Origin: Mobula hypostoma
Taxonomy: Eukaryota
NCBI RefSeq assembly: GCF_963921235.1
Contig: NC_086108.1
Span: 108,502,001 to 108,566,000, forward strand
Reading direction: 5' to 3'
DNA length: 64,000 nucleotides
The position numbers and the translations under genes were made by a program. Of this stretch, positions 22,491 through 34,810 are shown piece after piece. The first letter of the stretch is position 1; every line of letters starts with the position of its first letter. The notes below the pieces were generated by a model that was not told where the DNA came from, made no database searches, and saw only the letters and a program-made list of their open reading frames with translations.

Positions 22491-23902
22491 GGAGAGTCAG
22501 TAAAGAAGCATTAGACTCCTGAACCAGCATGGATAACTTCATTCACCCCAACTCTGAACTGATTCCATAACCTACTTTCAATGTTCAAAGTACATTCATT
22601 ATCAAAGTATGAATACAGTACACAACTCCGAGATTTGTTTTCTTCCAGACAGCCACAAGACAAAGAAAACCTCAAGGAAGCCATTCAAATAAAAATGTCA
22701 CACCCCCCCACAACCCCAAAAAAACAACAAATCGTGCAAGAGGTAACAAAAACATCAACCCCCCACGCGCAATAAAGCAAATCATGCAAAGCAGCAATGA
22801 GAACATTAACCACCCCCCCACACAAAAAAACCGCGCAAACGACAAGAAGAAAGAAGGGGCAAAAACACAGAAAATAAAAACATAAAAGTTAAGGAGTCCA
22901 AGTGAACCGCAGTCCAATCTGCAAACCATATACCCAGAACTTTGGTATCATTGTCCCACAGGGGAGAGGGAATGAGGGAGAGAGAGAGAGGGGGGGAGGG
23001 AGGGAGGGAGGGAGAGAGATAGATAGGTAGATAGATAGTTAGATCAGAAACTGGAGCCTTCCCTAAGGAGCAACAAATGAGAGGCTGGTACACGGCATGG
23101 AACACTCGCTCGATTTCCACAGCCACCTCACTTCCTGCAGTTTTATATGCTTATCTAAGAGCTTGTTAAAGGACTCTACAATGAATATTTTCAGTACTTA
23201 TTTATTTATTTTTCTTTCCTGCACAATTTGTCTCTTTTGGACCTTTGTTGTTTGTCAGTCTTTATGTATGTTTTTTTGAAATAAACTTTGTTGTATTTCT
23301 TAATTTTCCTCTAAATGCGTGCAAGAAAATAAATCTCGGAGTATTTTATAGTGACATATATATACTTCGATAACTTTGACATTGAATTTTCTCAGGTTAT
23401 GCCCCAGAGTGTATATTTCAGTTAAAAACCCACATCGTTTTGCAAAGAGCCCAGTGAAGATTGCCAGAAGAATCTCCTGGTCCAAACCAGAGAGATGTTT
23501 CATGCCAGGATTACAAAGCACAAGAACAAGCCCCATAAACACAAGAGCTTCTGCAGATGCTTGAAGTCCAGAGCAGCAGACACAAAAATACTGGAGGAAC
23601 TTAGCCGGCCAGGCAGCATCAATGGAGAGGAATAAAGAGCTGATTTTTCAGGCCAAGACCCTTTATCAAGACTGGAAAGAAAGTGGTAGGCCTGCTGAGT
23701 TCCTCAGCATTTTGTGTGTGCTGTTTTGGATTTCCAGCATCTGCAGATTTCTCTTGTTTGTGACGCTACCTCGCTACTTTATTTTTATTTTCGTACTAAT
23801 TTAATTAAACTATTTAATATCAATACTTTTACTGTAATTCACAGTTTTTTGCTCTATTATTATGCATTGCATTGTACTGCAGCCGCAAAGATAACGAGTT
23901 TA

Positions 23903-24200
23903 GATAGATAGATAGATAGATATACTTTATTAATCCCGAGGGAAATTTGGTTTCGTTACAGCCGCACCAACCAAGAATAGAGCATAAATATAGCAATACA
24001 AAACCCCTCAACAATCAAACAACAAAATGCAAACTATGCCAGATGGAAAATAAGTCCAGGACCAGTCTATTGGCTTAGGGTGTCTGACCCTCCACGGGAG
24101 GAGCTGCACATTCGATGGCCAAAGGCAGGAACGACCTCCCGTGACGCCCAGTGTTGTATCACGGTGGAACGTGGCCGAAGTCCAACAGTGAAAAGTTCAA
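23903..24200 (-). mobile_element. Rex1-type LINE 3' end with (GATA)n tail, nested in another Rex-derived 3'UTR
   Basis: Near-identical to 1675-1970. Confidence 0.75.
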
Positions 24201-26074
24201 TCTCAATTTCATGACATATGCCGGTGATATTAAACCTGATTCTGATTCTGATTTTGACCAGGATAAAGCCCATCCCCTTTTCATCCAACCAGTTAACGCG
24301 GATGCAGAGTTCGTTCTCATGACTGCTTTTTGAATCTTAGCAACTTGTAGCACTCGAAAGAGACCTGGATATGTATTTGGATATATTAAAAGCAGGTAAA
24401 AAGGAAATGGATTAGATTAAGCAGCTCAGACATAGACCCAGCACCTAACAAGACAGTTGAGCCTCTTTATTTTGTGACTCTCTACCTTTAAGTCTATTTA
24501 ATACGAAGGTGCTCAGCTGTACACAAGGGTCAACAGCAGTCCCTTTGTGACAGATAAGACACTAATTCATCACAAAGTGTTGCTTCAGCAGTCTTTCTTC
24601 TTGTGACTGGATTGGGCACAGCTCTCGTTAGCATTGCCTCTGCAGGAGCTTTAGCTGGTGTCTTCCCACAGAGGAAGTTTTGCTCCTGGGGTCAGACAAC
24701 TTCCTGCAGAATTTCTCTGCCAATGCTGAGATTTTCTTTTTGCTCTGCACTTGGTGGCTGCAGGCGACGTTGCGTTTTTTTGTTTTAGTTTAGTGGCTGG
24801 GTCTTTCACAGAAGGTCCTCATTTCTCATTGGAATTGAAATACTTCCTCTTGCACAATCATCACAACTGAGCAGGAGGTGACTCACTCGTTTCTCACGGG
24901 TACACACAATGTCACTGGCAGTTCCTGTCCAGATATTCCTGTGTGTTTCCGGTTTGTTTTGGTAGGGGTGGCACAGTTTGGAAAGTTCCGGAAGCTTGCT
25001 TTGTAGAATGGTAATCAACACACTTCAAGGTTGAGGTTGTTGCCATCTGCAAAGTACATTTCTGCACAAGGATTCAAAGTGCATTTATTATCAAAGTATG
25101 AATAAATTATACAATCGTGAGATTCGTCTGCTTACAGGCAGCCACAAAACAAGAAACTTGAAAGAAGCTGATTATAAAAAAGACCACTTTGCAGAGAAAG
25201 AGAAAAACAAAACAAAGCATGCAAACAATAAAAGCAAACAACAGCATTCAGAAATAAATTGAGTCTATAGACTCAAATCACGGAGCAGCTAGAGTAGGCC
25301 CATAGCCTCAGTCTCGGTTCATCAAAAATGCAAAGCAGACAGAGCAGTTTCACGGCCTCAGTACGGCGGTGAGAGGAGTGAACATTGCGGAAAAGCGAGT
25401 GGAGGTGGCCTGACTCTTGCCTCTGGTGCCAACACCCTGCCATTTCAATCTACCTGGTCCGGCATTTAAATTGTTCAAACACCGGATCGTGCCGTGCAAG
25501 AGGACCCAGGGCCTGCCACTATGATATGCTCTGGGCCTAGACATTTCTGTCCAGCCCAAGGCCATTCTTGACCTTTCCAAATCGGCTCAGCGCCTAGTTT
25601 GATTGAACCTCGCTCCTGGTTTAGATGGAGGGACACCAAAACTCCTCTTCGATTTGCTCAATGCAACTCCATCTGTGATCTCCACATCATCTCAAACATG
25701 TTACGCTCTGAACTGGCCTCACACCAGCATGGCTCAAGCCTTGAGCCAGCTTTGCTTTTGTCTGCCTCTTTATTGTTTGCAGTGATAGTTTACCACAATT
25801 TACCTCATAAAAAGTGTTATTAGTGATGTTTTTAGTCATATTTCTTGCCTTTTGAACTATCAGTAAGCTATCACCCAACTTCAGTAGGGCCATCTTAAAC
25901 TGGAAGATGCACAGGTGCAATGCAAACCTTACTTGCAGCAGCATCAGAGACTCAAAATTCACAGCAAAAACATACATTGTGCATAAATTTACAAGAATTC
26001 TACAAGAAGAGTGTGGTGACCTACCTCAGTGTCTCATCCAGGAGCACTTACACCAAGTGTAACAAAGAGCGCAG

Positions 26075-26535
26075 AATTCAGAATCAGGTTTATTATCAAT
26101 GGGAAGTGTGAATTTTTTCTTGCAGCAAAAAATTACTAAAAATGGTGCAATGAAAGAACAAAATACTGAGGCAGTGTTTGCGAGTTCAGAAATTGATGGC
26201 AGATGGGAGGCAGCTGTACCTAAGCCACTGAGCGTGTGTCTTTAGGCTCCTGTACCTCCTCACTGATGGCCAGAAGGAGAAGACAGCATGTCCTGGGTGG
26301 TGAAGCTCCTTCATGAATGAAGCTGCATTATTGAGGCACCGACCTTTTAAGATGTCCTTGATGGTGGGGAGGCTGGTGCCCGTGATGGAGCTGGCTGAGT
26401 TAACAACTCTTTGCAGAATTTTCCAATCCTGTGCATTGGAGACTCCATACCAGACAATGATGCAACCAGTCAGAATGCTCTCTTACATCTGTACAAATTT
26501 GCAAGTCTTTGAAGAATAAGTAAATCTTCTCAACC
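26075..26535 (-). mobile_element. Old Rex1-type 3' fragment
   Basis: Reverse complement resembles the region at 60-620. Confidence 0.65.
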
Positions 26536-26536
26536 C

Positions 26537-27135
26537 ATAAGACCATTATACATAGGAACAGAATTAGGCCATTCGGCCCATCGGGACTGCTCCATCAATC
26601 AATCATGGCTGACTTATTACCCGCCTCAGCCCCATTCTCCTGTCTTCTTCCTGTAACATTGGAAGCCTTATTAATCAAGAACCTATTAACCTTTGCTTTA
26701 AATATACCCAATGACTTAGCCGTCCATGGCAATGAACACCACCTTCTGCATGAAAAACATCCCTCCTCTTCTCTGTTCTAAAGGGAGGTCCCACTATTCT
26801 GAGGCTGTGCCCTCTGGTCCTAGACTCACCCACTATAGGAAACATCCTCCCCATGTTCACTCTATCTAGGTCTTTTAATATTCGGTAGGTTTCAATGAAA
26901 TTCCACCTCACGCCCCACATTCTTCTAAACTCCAGTGAGTACAGGCCCAGAGCCAAAACATACTCCTCATATGTTAATGCTTTCATTCTTGGAATCATTC
27001 TCGTGACCTCTGGACCCTCTCCAATGCCAGCATATCTTTTCTTAGATTAAGGGACCTAAAACTGCTGACAATACTCCAGATGCAGTCTGACCAGTGTCTC
27101 AAAAAGCCTCAGCGTCATATCCTTGCTTTTATCTT
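26537..27135 (-). mobile_element. Old CR1 3' fragment
   Basis: LGLYSLEFRRM and ESRTRGHSLRI motifs. Confidence 0.78.
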
Positions 27136-27829
27136 ATAGTTTAGTCCTCTCACACATCTCACTTCTCCATCACACTTACCTGAATTTCAAAGCCATTTGT
27201 CAACTCTCAGCCCGCTTACCTCACTGACCTCTCCTTGTCCCTCACATATTTAATCTACCCTTCGTTAAATATACCCTTGTTATTTCCTACAATTTCTTCT
27301 TGTGGTATGGCATTCTATATTCAAAGCATCCTCCAACTCTCTGCTGTTTCATGTTAAAAAGAAATTCATATCATAAAGCTGTTTGATTGTTGTCGTAGGC
27401 CGAGCCTATTCATGGAGGGCAATAATACCCTCCAGGGGTTGAATGCAACCAGTCTTCCATGGGTTAGTTCATACATGACTTCAGTCCCACGTGAACAAAG
27501 TTGATCCTTAATTGCTGCTGAGAAAAATGTCTTCTCAGGGAATAATAAACACTTACATCTCAAGAACAAGTATATAAAAAAACGCATTTGTTAAATCTGC
27601 CATGAAATTTCAGTCAAACTGATGCGCTTTTCTCTGCACACAGTTCACATCTCCTGCTGGATCAGACTTTACGGTAATGTTTCATGTCAAATCTGGGAAT
27701 CGTTATTAGCAGTCTCATTACAAACACTTGGCAGATTCACTAACACACCCCATGAGGCAATCAAAGCCAACACACCACACACTCTTCCTCACTCTGCTAA
27801 TGTGACAAGTAGAGACAAGGCCAGTTACT

Positions 27830-28370
27830 GAGCACACACGCCTACACACAGACACAGACGCAGACGCAGACACACACACACAAACACACACACATACACA
27901 ACACACACAAACATACACACACATTCAAACACAATACGCACACACATTCATACACACACACAAACACACACATTCAAACACAACACACACAAACACATAT
28001 GCATACACAACCCACAGAAACACACACACACATTCATACACAACACACACACACATTCATACGCAATACACACACACATTCAAGCACAATACACAACACA
28101 CATATTCATACACAACACACACACATATTCAAACAACACACACAAACATTCAAACACAATACACCCGCACACAAACGAACACACATTCATACACAATGCA
28201 CACACACATTCAAGCACAATACACACACACACACACTTTCATACACAATACAAACATACACATTCATACACAATATACACACAATCCAACACATATTAAG
28301 CATGTACCACTAAACAAGTACTTGCATAGATACAAACATACAAACAGACATGCAGACATTCACACCCGTA
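27830..28370. repeat. CA-rich compound microsatellite / low-complexity tract
   Basis: (CA)n interspersed with cattcatacacaa and cattcaaacacaa motifs. Confidence 0.92.
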
Positions 28371-29384
28371 TAACAAGGTCCCAATTCAAACACGTAAACA
28401 TATTTGTGTTACTGTGATTACTAAATTTTAGGGAGTGTTGACAAGAAATCCTAAAAATTGTGTGGAGCAGTTGCTGTACCAAGTGGTGATAGGATGCTTT
28501 GTTGTGCATTAATAAACAGCCAGTGAAGTCTGGTGAGAACTTGAATGATCAGTTTCATTAAAGAGGAGGTCATTCTGTCCATTTTATTGGTGCCAGTTCT
28601 TTGAAGCAGCTGCTTCTCTCCCGCCTTTCACAATATTATCCAAAAGCATTTTTATAAGTTTACTTTTGAATCTGCTTCCACTCAAGCCAGTTGATTACAG
28701 CTCTGTGTTCAAAAATATTTCCCCCAGCTGACTGCAAATCCTTTGGCAATCAGTTAAAAATCTGTGTTTACTGACCCCTCCTGCGTGTGGAAGTGGCGTC
28801 TGCCTGTTTGTTCCAAGAAACCCCTCGGAAGGATTCTGAACATCTGCATGAAATCTGCTCCCAGCCAGGGACAAGAGGAGACCAGGATAATCCACGGGGT
28901 TCCGTCTCTTTTCCCCGTCCCCAGCTGAGGGTTCTAGGATTGGAGCAGGGAGTGCATAGAGCTTGCAGCAGCTTAGACAAGTTAAAGGAAGTGAGACAGG
29001 ACATGGGAAAACAAAGAGGAGAATTGTGAAACTCAATGGCTGTGGGCCATACATGTTCCAGAATACAGGCCATATCTTGGTGTGAATGCGTCTGTGTGAG
29101 CCTGTTGTGTTGGCTGGAGCGCAGTAAGAAATTGAAACCACCCACATACCACGGCTGCAGCACCCTCAAATGAGAAGCACAGCAACAAGATCTAAGATAT
29201 CACCAAACCCTGACATTTCGGGCACATTTCTTAGCCAGTGTTCCCAGTTGCCCCGAACACTCTCTCCTCCCTCCCCCGGAGTCTCTCATTTTGCCTCCAT
29301 TCCCCCCCAGAGAGTGGCGTGCCCAGGGGTTGTGGTGGAGCCAACAATGATATTGTACCCAACTAATAAAGCACCTCACTAAAC

Positions 29385-30135
29385 TGCCTTATCCTTGCAA
29401 GTGGAACAAGTGCTACACCAGCCCCACACCTCCTCCCTCACTACCATTCAGGACCCCAAACAGCCCTTCCAGCTGAGGCGCCACTTTTCCTGTGAGTCTG
29501 TTGGGGTCATACACTGAGTCTGGTGCTCCTGGTGTGGCCTCCTGTATATCGGTGAGACCCGACGTAGATTGGGAGACTGCTTCACCGAGCACCTATACTC
29601 CGTCCGCCAGAAAAAGCGAGTTCTCCCCATAGCCCTACATTTCAATTCTACTTATTCCCATTTCAACATGTCGGTCCACAGTCTCCTCTACTGCCTTGAT
29701 GAGGCCACACTCAGGTTGGAGGAGCAACACCTTATATTCCATTTGGGTAGTCTCCAACCTGTTGGCATGAACATTAATTTATTAAACTTCTGGTAATTGC
29801 CCACCCTTCACCATTCCCCATTCCCATTTCCCTCTCTTATCTTATCTCCTTACCTGCCCATCACCTCCCTCTGGTACTCCTCCTCCTTCCGTTTATTCCA
29901 TGGTCTTCTGTGCTCTCCTGTCAGATTCTCCTGCTCTTTGCTTCACCCCTTCCTCCTCTCCCAGTTTCACCTATCACCTACCACCTTATCCTTCTTACTC
30001 CCCTACCCCCACCTTCTTACTCTGACGTCTCATCTTTCTTTCCAGTCCTGATGAAGGAGTCCCAGCCTGAAACGTTGACTCTTTACTCTTTTCCATAGAT
30101 ATTGCCTGGCTTGCTGAGGTACTTCTGTATTTTGT
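29385..30135 (+). mobile_element. Penelope-like 3' fragment (GIY-YIG plus pLTR with hammerhead motif at 30044-30080)
   Basis: LLYIGETRRRLGDCFTEH and LGSLQPVGMNI motifs. Hammerhead reads agtc-CTGATGA-agg...cct-GAAA-cg-TT-gact. Confidence 0.85.
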
Positions 30136-30211
30136 GTGTGTTGCCGACACAAGATGCACAAGCAATGTTCATAGTTCAAAGTAAATTATTGTCAAAATAC
30201 ATATATGTCAT

Positions 30212-32449
30212 CATTCCGGAGGATTGGAGAGTAGCAGATGTTGTTCCTTTATTCAAGAAAGGGAGTAGAGATAGCCCAGGAAATTATAGACCAGTGAGTC
30301 TTACCTCAGTGATTGGTAAGTTGATGGAGAAGATCCTGAGAGGCAGGATTTATGAACATTTGGAGAGGTATAATATGATTAGGAGTAGTCAGCATGGCTT
30401 TATCAAAGGCAGGTCATGCCTTAAGAGCCTAATTGAATTTTTTGAGGATGTGACTAAACACATTGATGAAGCTAGAGCAGTAGATGTGGTGTATATGGAT
30501 TTCAGCAAGGCATTTGATAAGGTACCCCATGCAAGGCTTATTGAGAGGGTAAGGAGGCATGGGATCCAAGGGGACATTGCTTTGTGGATCCAGAATTGGC
30601 TTGCCCACAGAAGGCAAAGAGTGGTTGTAGATGGGTCATATTCTGCATGGAGGTCGGTCACCAGTGGGGTGCCTCAGGGATCTGTTCTGGGACGCCTGCT
30701 CTTTGTGATTTTTATAAATGACCTGGATGAGGAAGTGGAGGAATGGGTTCGTAAATTTGCTGATGACAGGGGGTGTTGTGGATAGTGTGGAGGGCTGTCA
30801 GAGGTTACAGCGGGACATTGATAGGATACAAAACTTGGCTAAGAAGTGGCAGATGGAGTTCAACCCAGATAAGTGTGAAGTGGTTCATTTTGGTAGGTCA
30901 AATATGATGGCAGAATATAGTATTAATGGTAAGACTCTTGGCAGTGTGGAGGATCAGAAGGATCTTGGGGTCCGAGTCCATAGGACACTCAAAGCTGCTG
31001 CACAGGTTGACTCTGTGGTTAAGAAAGCGTACGGTGTATTGGCCTTCATCAATCGTGGAACTGAATTTAGGAGCTGAGAGGTAATGTTGCAGCTATATAG
31101 GACCCTGGTTAGACCCCGCTTGGAGTACGGTGCTCACTTCTGGTCCCCTCACTACAGGAAGGATATGGAAGCCATAGAAAGGGTGCAGAGAAGATTTACA
31201 AGGATGTTGCCTGGATTGGGGAGCATGCCTTATGAGAATAAGTTGAGTGAACTGGGCCTTTTCTCCTTGGAGCGACGGAGGATGAGAGGTGACCTGATAG
31301 AGGTGTATAAGATGATGAAAGGGGCTCCTCCCTCCCCTCCGCCGATCGGAGCCAGGGTCAGAGCCGGGCCCGGGAACGCAGAGTAGAGCAATGGAGTCTT
31401 CAGACACTCAGACAATCCTTCATCCCAGGACTCAGTAACGATGTGGAATCAGCCAGGTGCTCCAGGTCCATGCCCTCCCGGTGGACCCTACTCCCCCTCC
31501 ACTAAACCCTGCCCACCCTCCCACTGGCCCTGCTCACCCTCCAATGACAAACCCTCCCTACCCTCCACCAGCCGGTGGCTTTCCTCCTCCTGGGGCTCCT
31601 AGGCACCCTGCCTTCCCTCCCCCCTTGTCAGCCCCCCCTACCCTCCCCAGCCTGCTGGATCCTGCCCCCCAACCCTATCCTCCCCACCACGTTCCTGGCT
31701 GTGTCCCCGGGGGCCCCCACCAGAAGCACGGGAAGAAGGGGCACAAGCGCGAGAAACGTGGCAAGAAGAAGAAACGTGGAAAGCACGTCAAGCACTCCTC
31801 CTCCTCCTCCAGCAGTGACTCTGACTGAAGCTGAAGGGCACACATCTTCTGACCAACGGCGTCGTCCAGAGGTTGGAAACTGGCTCTGCGCTCCCCGCAC
31901 ATCTGCGATCAACAGCTTCTAACCTCTGGCAAGGATTCTCCCGAGCGGTGGAACAGAATGATTTGTGGGCTACTAATTCCATTGCTGTGTCGAGAAGGGG
32001 ATCAAGAATTTATTGGCGCTTCACGCTCCGTGATGTAATCAATCTGTTAAACCTGTCTGCAAAGTTGAGGTGAAATAAATAAACAGCTTGCTATATAAAA
32101 AAAAGATGATGAGAGTCATTGATCGTGTGGATAGTCAGAGGCTTTTTCCCAGGGCTGAAATAGCTGCCACAAGAGGACACAGGTTTAAGGTGCTAGGGAG
32201 CAGGTACAGAGGAGATGTCAGGGTTAAGTTTTTTACGCAGAGAGTGGTGAGTGTATGGAATGGGCTGCCAGCGATGGTGGTGGAGGCAGATACAATAGCG
32301 TCTTTAGAGAAACTCCTGGACAGGTACACGGAGCTCAGAAAAATAGAGGGCTATTGGTAACCCTAAGTAATTTCTAAGGTAGGGACATGTTCGGCACAGC
32401 TTTGTGGGCCAAAGGGCCTGTATTGTGCTGTAGGTTTTCTATATTTCTA
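30212..32449 (+). mobile_element. CR1 LINE (family B), 5'-truncated, split by the PRR13 retrocopy
   Basis: PEDWRVADVVPLFKKG ... KFADD, frameshift near 30768, stop at 31075. CR1 sequence resumes at 32103 and runs to the 3' tail. Confidence 0.93.
31321..32102 (+). pseudogene. PRR13: Processed pseudogene (retrocopy) of proline-rich protein 13
   Basis: ATG 31441 gives MWNQPGAPGPCPPGGPY. After a +1 frameshift near 31492 the frame is Pro-rich and ends ..KKKKRGKHVKHSSSSSSSDSD* (stop 31826-31828). The MWN start and KHSSSSSSSDSD end are PRR13 hallmarks. No introns, AATAAA at 32074 and 32078, poly-A from 32097, TSD aagatgatga at 31309-31318 and 32103-32112. Confidence 0.88.
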
Positions 32450-33639
32450 TCCTTCCTATACTGTAATGGACAAACAGAATTGAATAGAATGACCTAACTA
32501 GAGTTTCCTAAAACTGCAACAACTTGAGTCCTGGATGAGTTCACCAAACACTAGGCCTTGATCGCCAGACCCCCAGTGACCAGGACTCTGAATACTAGAC
32601 CATGAACTCCAGTCTCGCTGGCTTGCATGTCTAGCAAGGTCTCCATTGCTCATGCCTCCTAGCCACCCAGAACTCCAATCCCTAAACCTGCTGACCTTGT
32701 TGTGGGTGGGTGGGAGCCAGCCCTCATCCTTGCTGGCCTGTGAACCCAGTATCCCCCATCGGTGTTGCTGGCCTTCGAATGTGCAGCGAAGGCCTAGGCT
32801 CAGAGCAGAAGATATGTCGAAGGAAGGAATTGGAGGAGCTCAAGGACTTCAAGCAGGTGATAGAACAAGGAAAAGGCAAGGCTACAGAGATGTTTGAAAG
32901 AAGACATGAGAATTTTAAACCAGAGGTACTTACACTGTGAACAAGACTGCATGAAGCAACTCCACTATTTCAGACTCTCTTAACTGCCTCCTAACATAAC
33001 AGCTGAAACAGTTTGACACACCTAATGAGGGAGTGTTCAGTCAAAGGGAATTTAACAAATTTTTGATGTCTCAACTGGCGCGGAGATGCTGCAAATTGCT
33101 ATTTTATTTTTTCCCTGTTCAGGCGAAGAAGATTTAACTTTATTTTTAACAGTTTGACATGTTGAGGCACTGTCACAGCTCTCAAAACAATGTGCAGAAA
33201 CAGCTCAGATTCACAACAATTGGTAGTCATTAATTCACAAGATGTTGCTATCGTTGCCGTGGGGGTGATTTACAGGTCGGTAACCAGTTGAACAGCCAGA
33301 ACCTTGGACCGTTGAGTCCAGAGATGTGAGTTCAAATCCCACTGTGGCTGCTGGGGAATTTAAATTCAAGTTACTAATACGTTTAACCTCAGGAACTGTG
33401 GCAACACAAGTCCCTCACGAGATGCTGAAGGAGCTCTCTGGGTCAGGCAGCATCTGAGGAGGAAAGTAGAGAGTCAAAGTTTTATCTTGAGGCCCTTCAT
33501 CGGGGCTCCACAGTACTGGTGCAGCACACACAGCGCTGGAGGAACTCGGTAGGTTAGAAGGCATTGATGTCAGGGAAACGGAGAGTCGCTGTTTCAGGTT
33601 GAGACCCTTCATTACACAAAAAGGCCAACATTTGTACTT

Positions 33640-34100
33640 AAGGACATGTTGAAATGCATTTATGGTTGCCTAGATATAGCAAAGATATCAGTAAACTGCG
33701 AAGGATGCAAACATTGTATATAAGGATGTTACTGAAACTTTCCTCAAGGGTTCCTCCTGTCTGTCCCACAATCTGTGTATCCTATGGTGGTGGAGTCTAT
33801 GACCGGAGGACACAGCCTCAGTATAGAATGGAGAAGCATTCAGAGTGGAGATGGGGAGGAATTTCTTGAGCCAGAGTGTGGTGAATCTGTAGAATTTGTT
33901 ACCACAGGCTGCCGTGGAGGCCAAGTCATTGGGTACATTTGAGGCAGAGGTTGATAGGTTCTTGAGTAGTCAGGGCATGAGGGGATAGGGAGAGAAGGCA
34001 GGAGAGTGGGGCTGAGAGGAAAAAGAAATCGGCCATGATGAAATGGCGAGTAGGCTCGAGGGGCCGAAAGACCGAACTCTGCTCATATGGTCTTATGGTC
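33640..34100 (+). mobile_element. Old CR1 3' fragment
   Basis: GHSLSIE..FLSQSVVNL motifs and CR1 3'UTR. Confidence 0.7.
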
Positions 34101-34119
34101 TTATCTCTTTGATCCCCCT

Positions 34120-34810
34120 TCTAGGTCTTCTGATCTCTGTAGCTGACAGCCAATGATCTTCTCCAGTGAGTGGACAACTCGTTGCAACCTGGACGTGGAA
34201 ATGGAGGGGGTAACAGGGAAACCAAACAGTGATGGAGGTGGCCACAACACTCTCAATGATGGTTGAGTAAAAATTCATCAGGATGCACCCTGAGATGTTA
34301 CATTTCCTAAGCTGCTATAAGAAGAACAAACTCTGCTGGGCTTTCCGAGTGATGAGCATAACGTGCTTGTCCCACTTCAACGTTTTGGTAATGGTAGTCC
34401 ACCAGGAATTTAAATGACCCGACCACAGACACAGCCAGACTATTAATTTTGGGGGGGGGGGTGGAGGTGTGGATGCATGTCGGAGGAAGTTAATCCTCCT
34501 TTCCACTGTCTTGATAGCATTAAGTTCCAAGTTGTTGTGAACACTCCATGCTGCAGGACACTCTACCTCTGTTTGATAACAGGTTGCATCATTATTAAAG
34601 AAGTGACCAACTACAGTTATATCACCTGTGATCTTCAGTATTTTAATGGATTTGTCTGTGGAGATACAATCATTTGTGTAAAGTGAGAACAGGAGGGGTG
34701 AAGGAACACAGCCCTGGGGAGCGCCTGTGCTTACAGATATTGGATCAGACAAGTAGGAGCCCAGCCTTACATCCTGCTTCCTTCCTGTCAGGAAGTTTCT
34801 AATCCACTAT
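34120..34810 (-). mobile_element. Old Rex1-type RT fragment
   Basis: [22 protein letters not shown] and KAQQSLFFL motifs. Confidence 0.8.

Noticed and set aside
27718..28417. His/Thr-rich and Val/Cys-rich ORFs
   Set aside because: Translation of a CA microsatellite.
30102..31828. CR1-PRR13 fusion gene or chimeric retrotranscript
   Set aside because: The CR1 has a frameshift and a stop upstream and resumes after the poly-A with a TSD. This is a later nested insertion, not a fusion.
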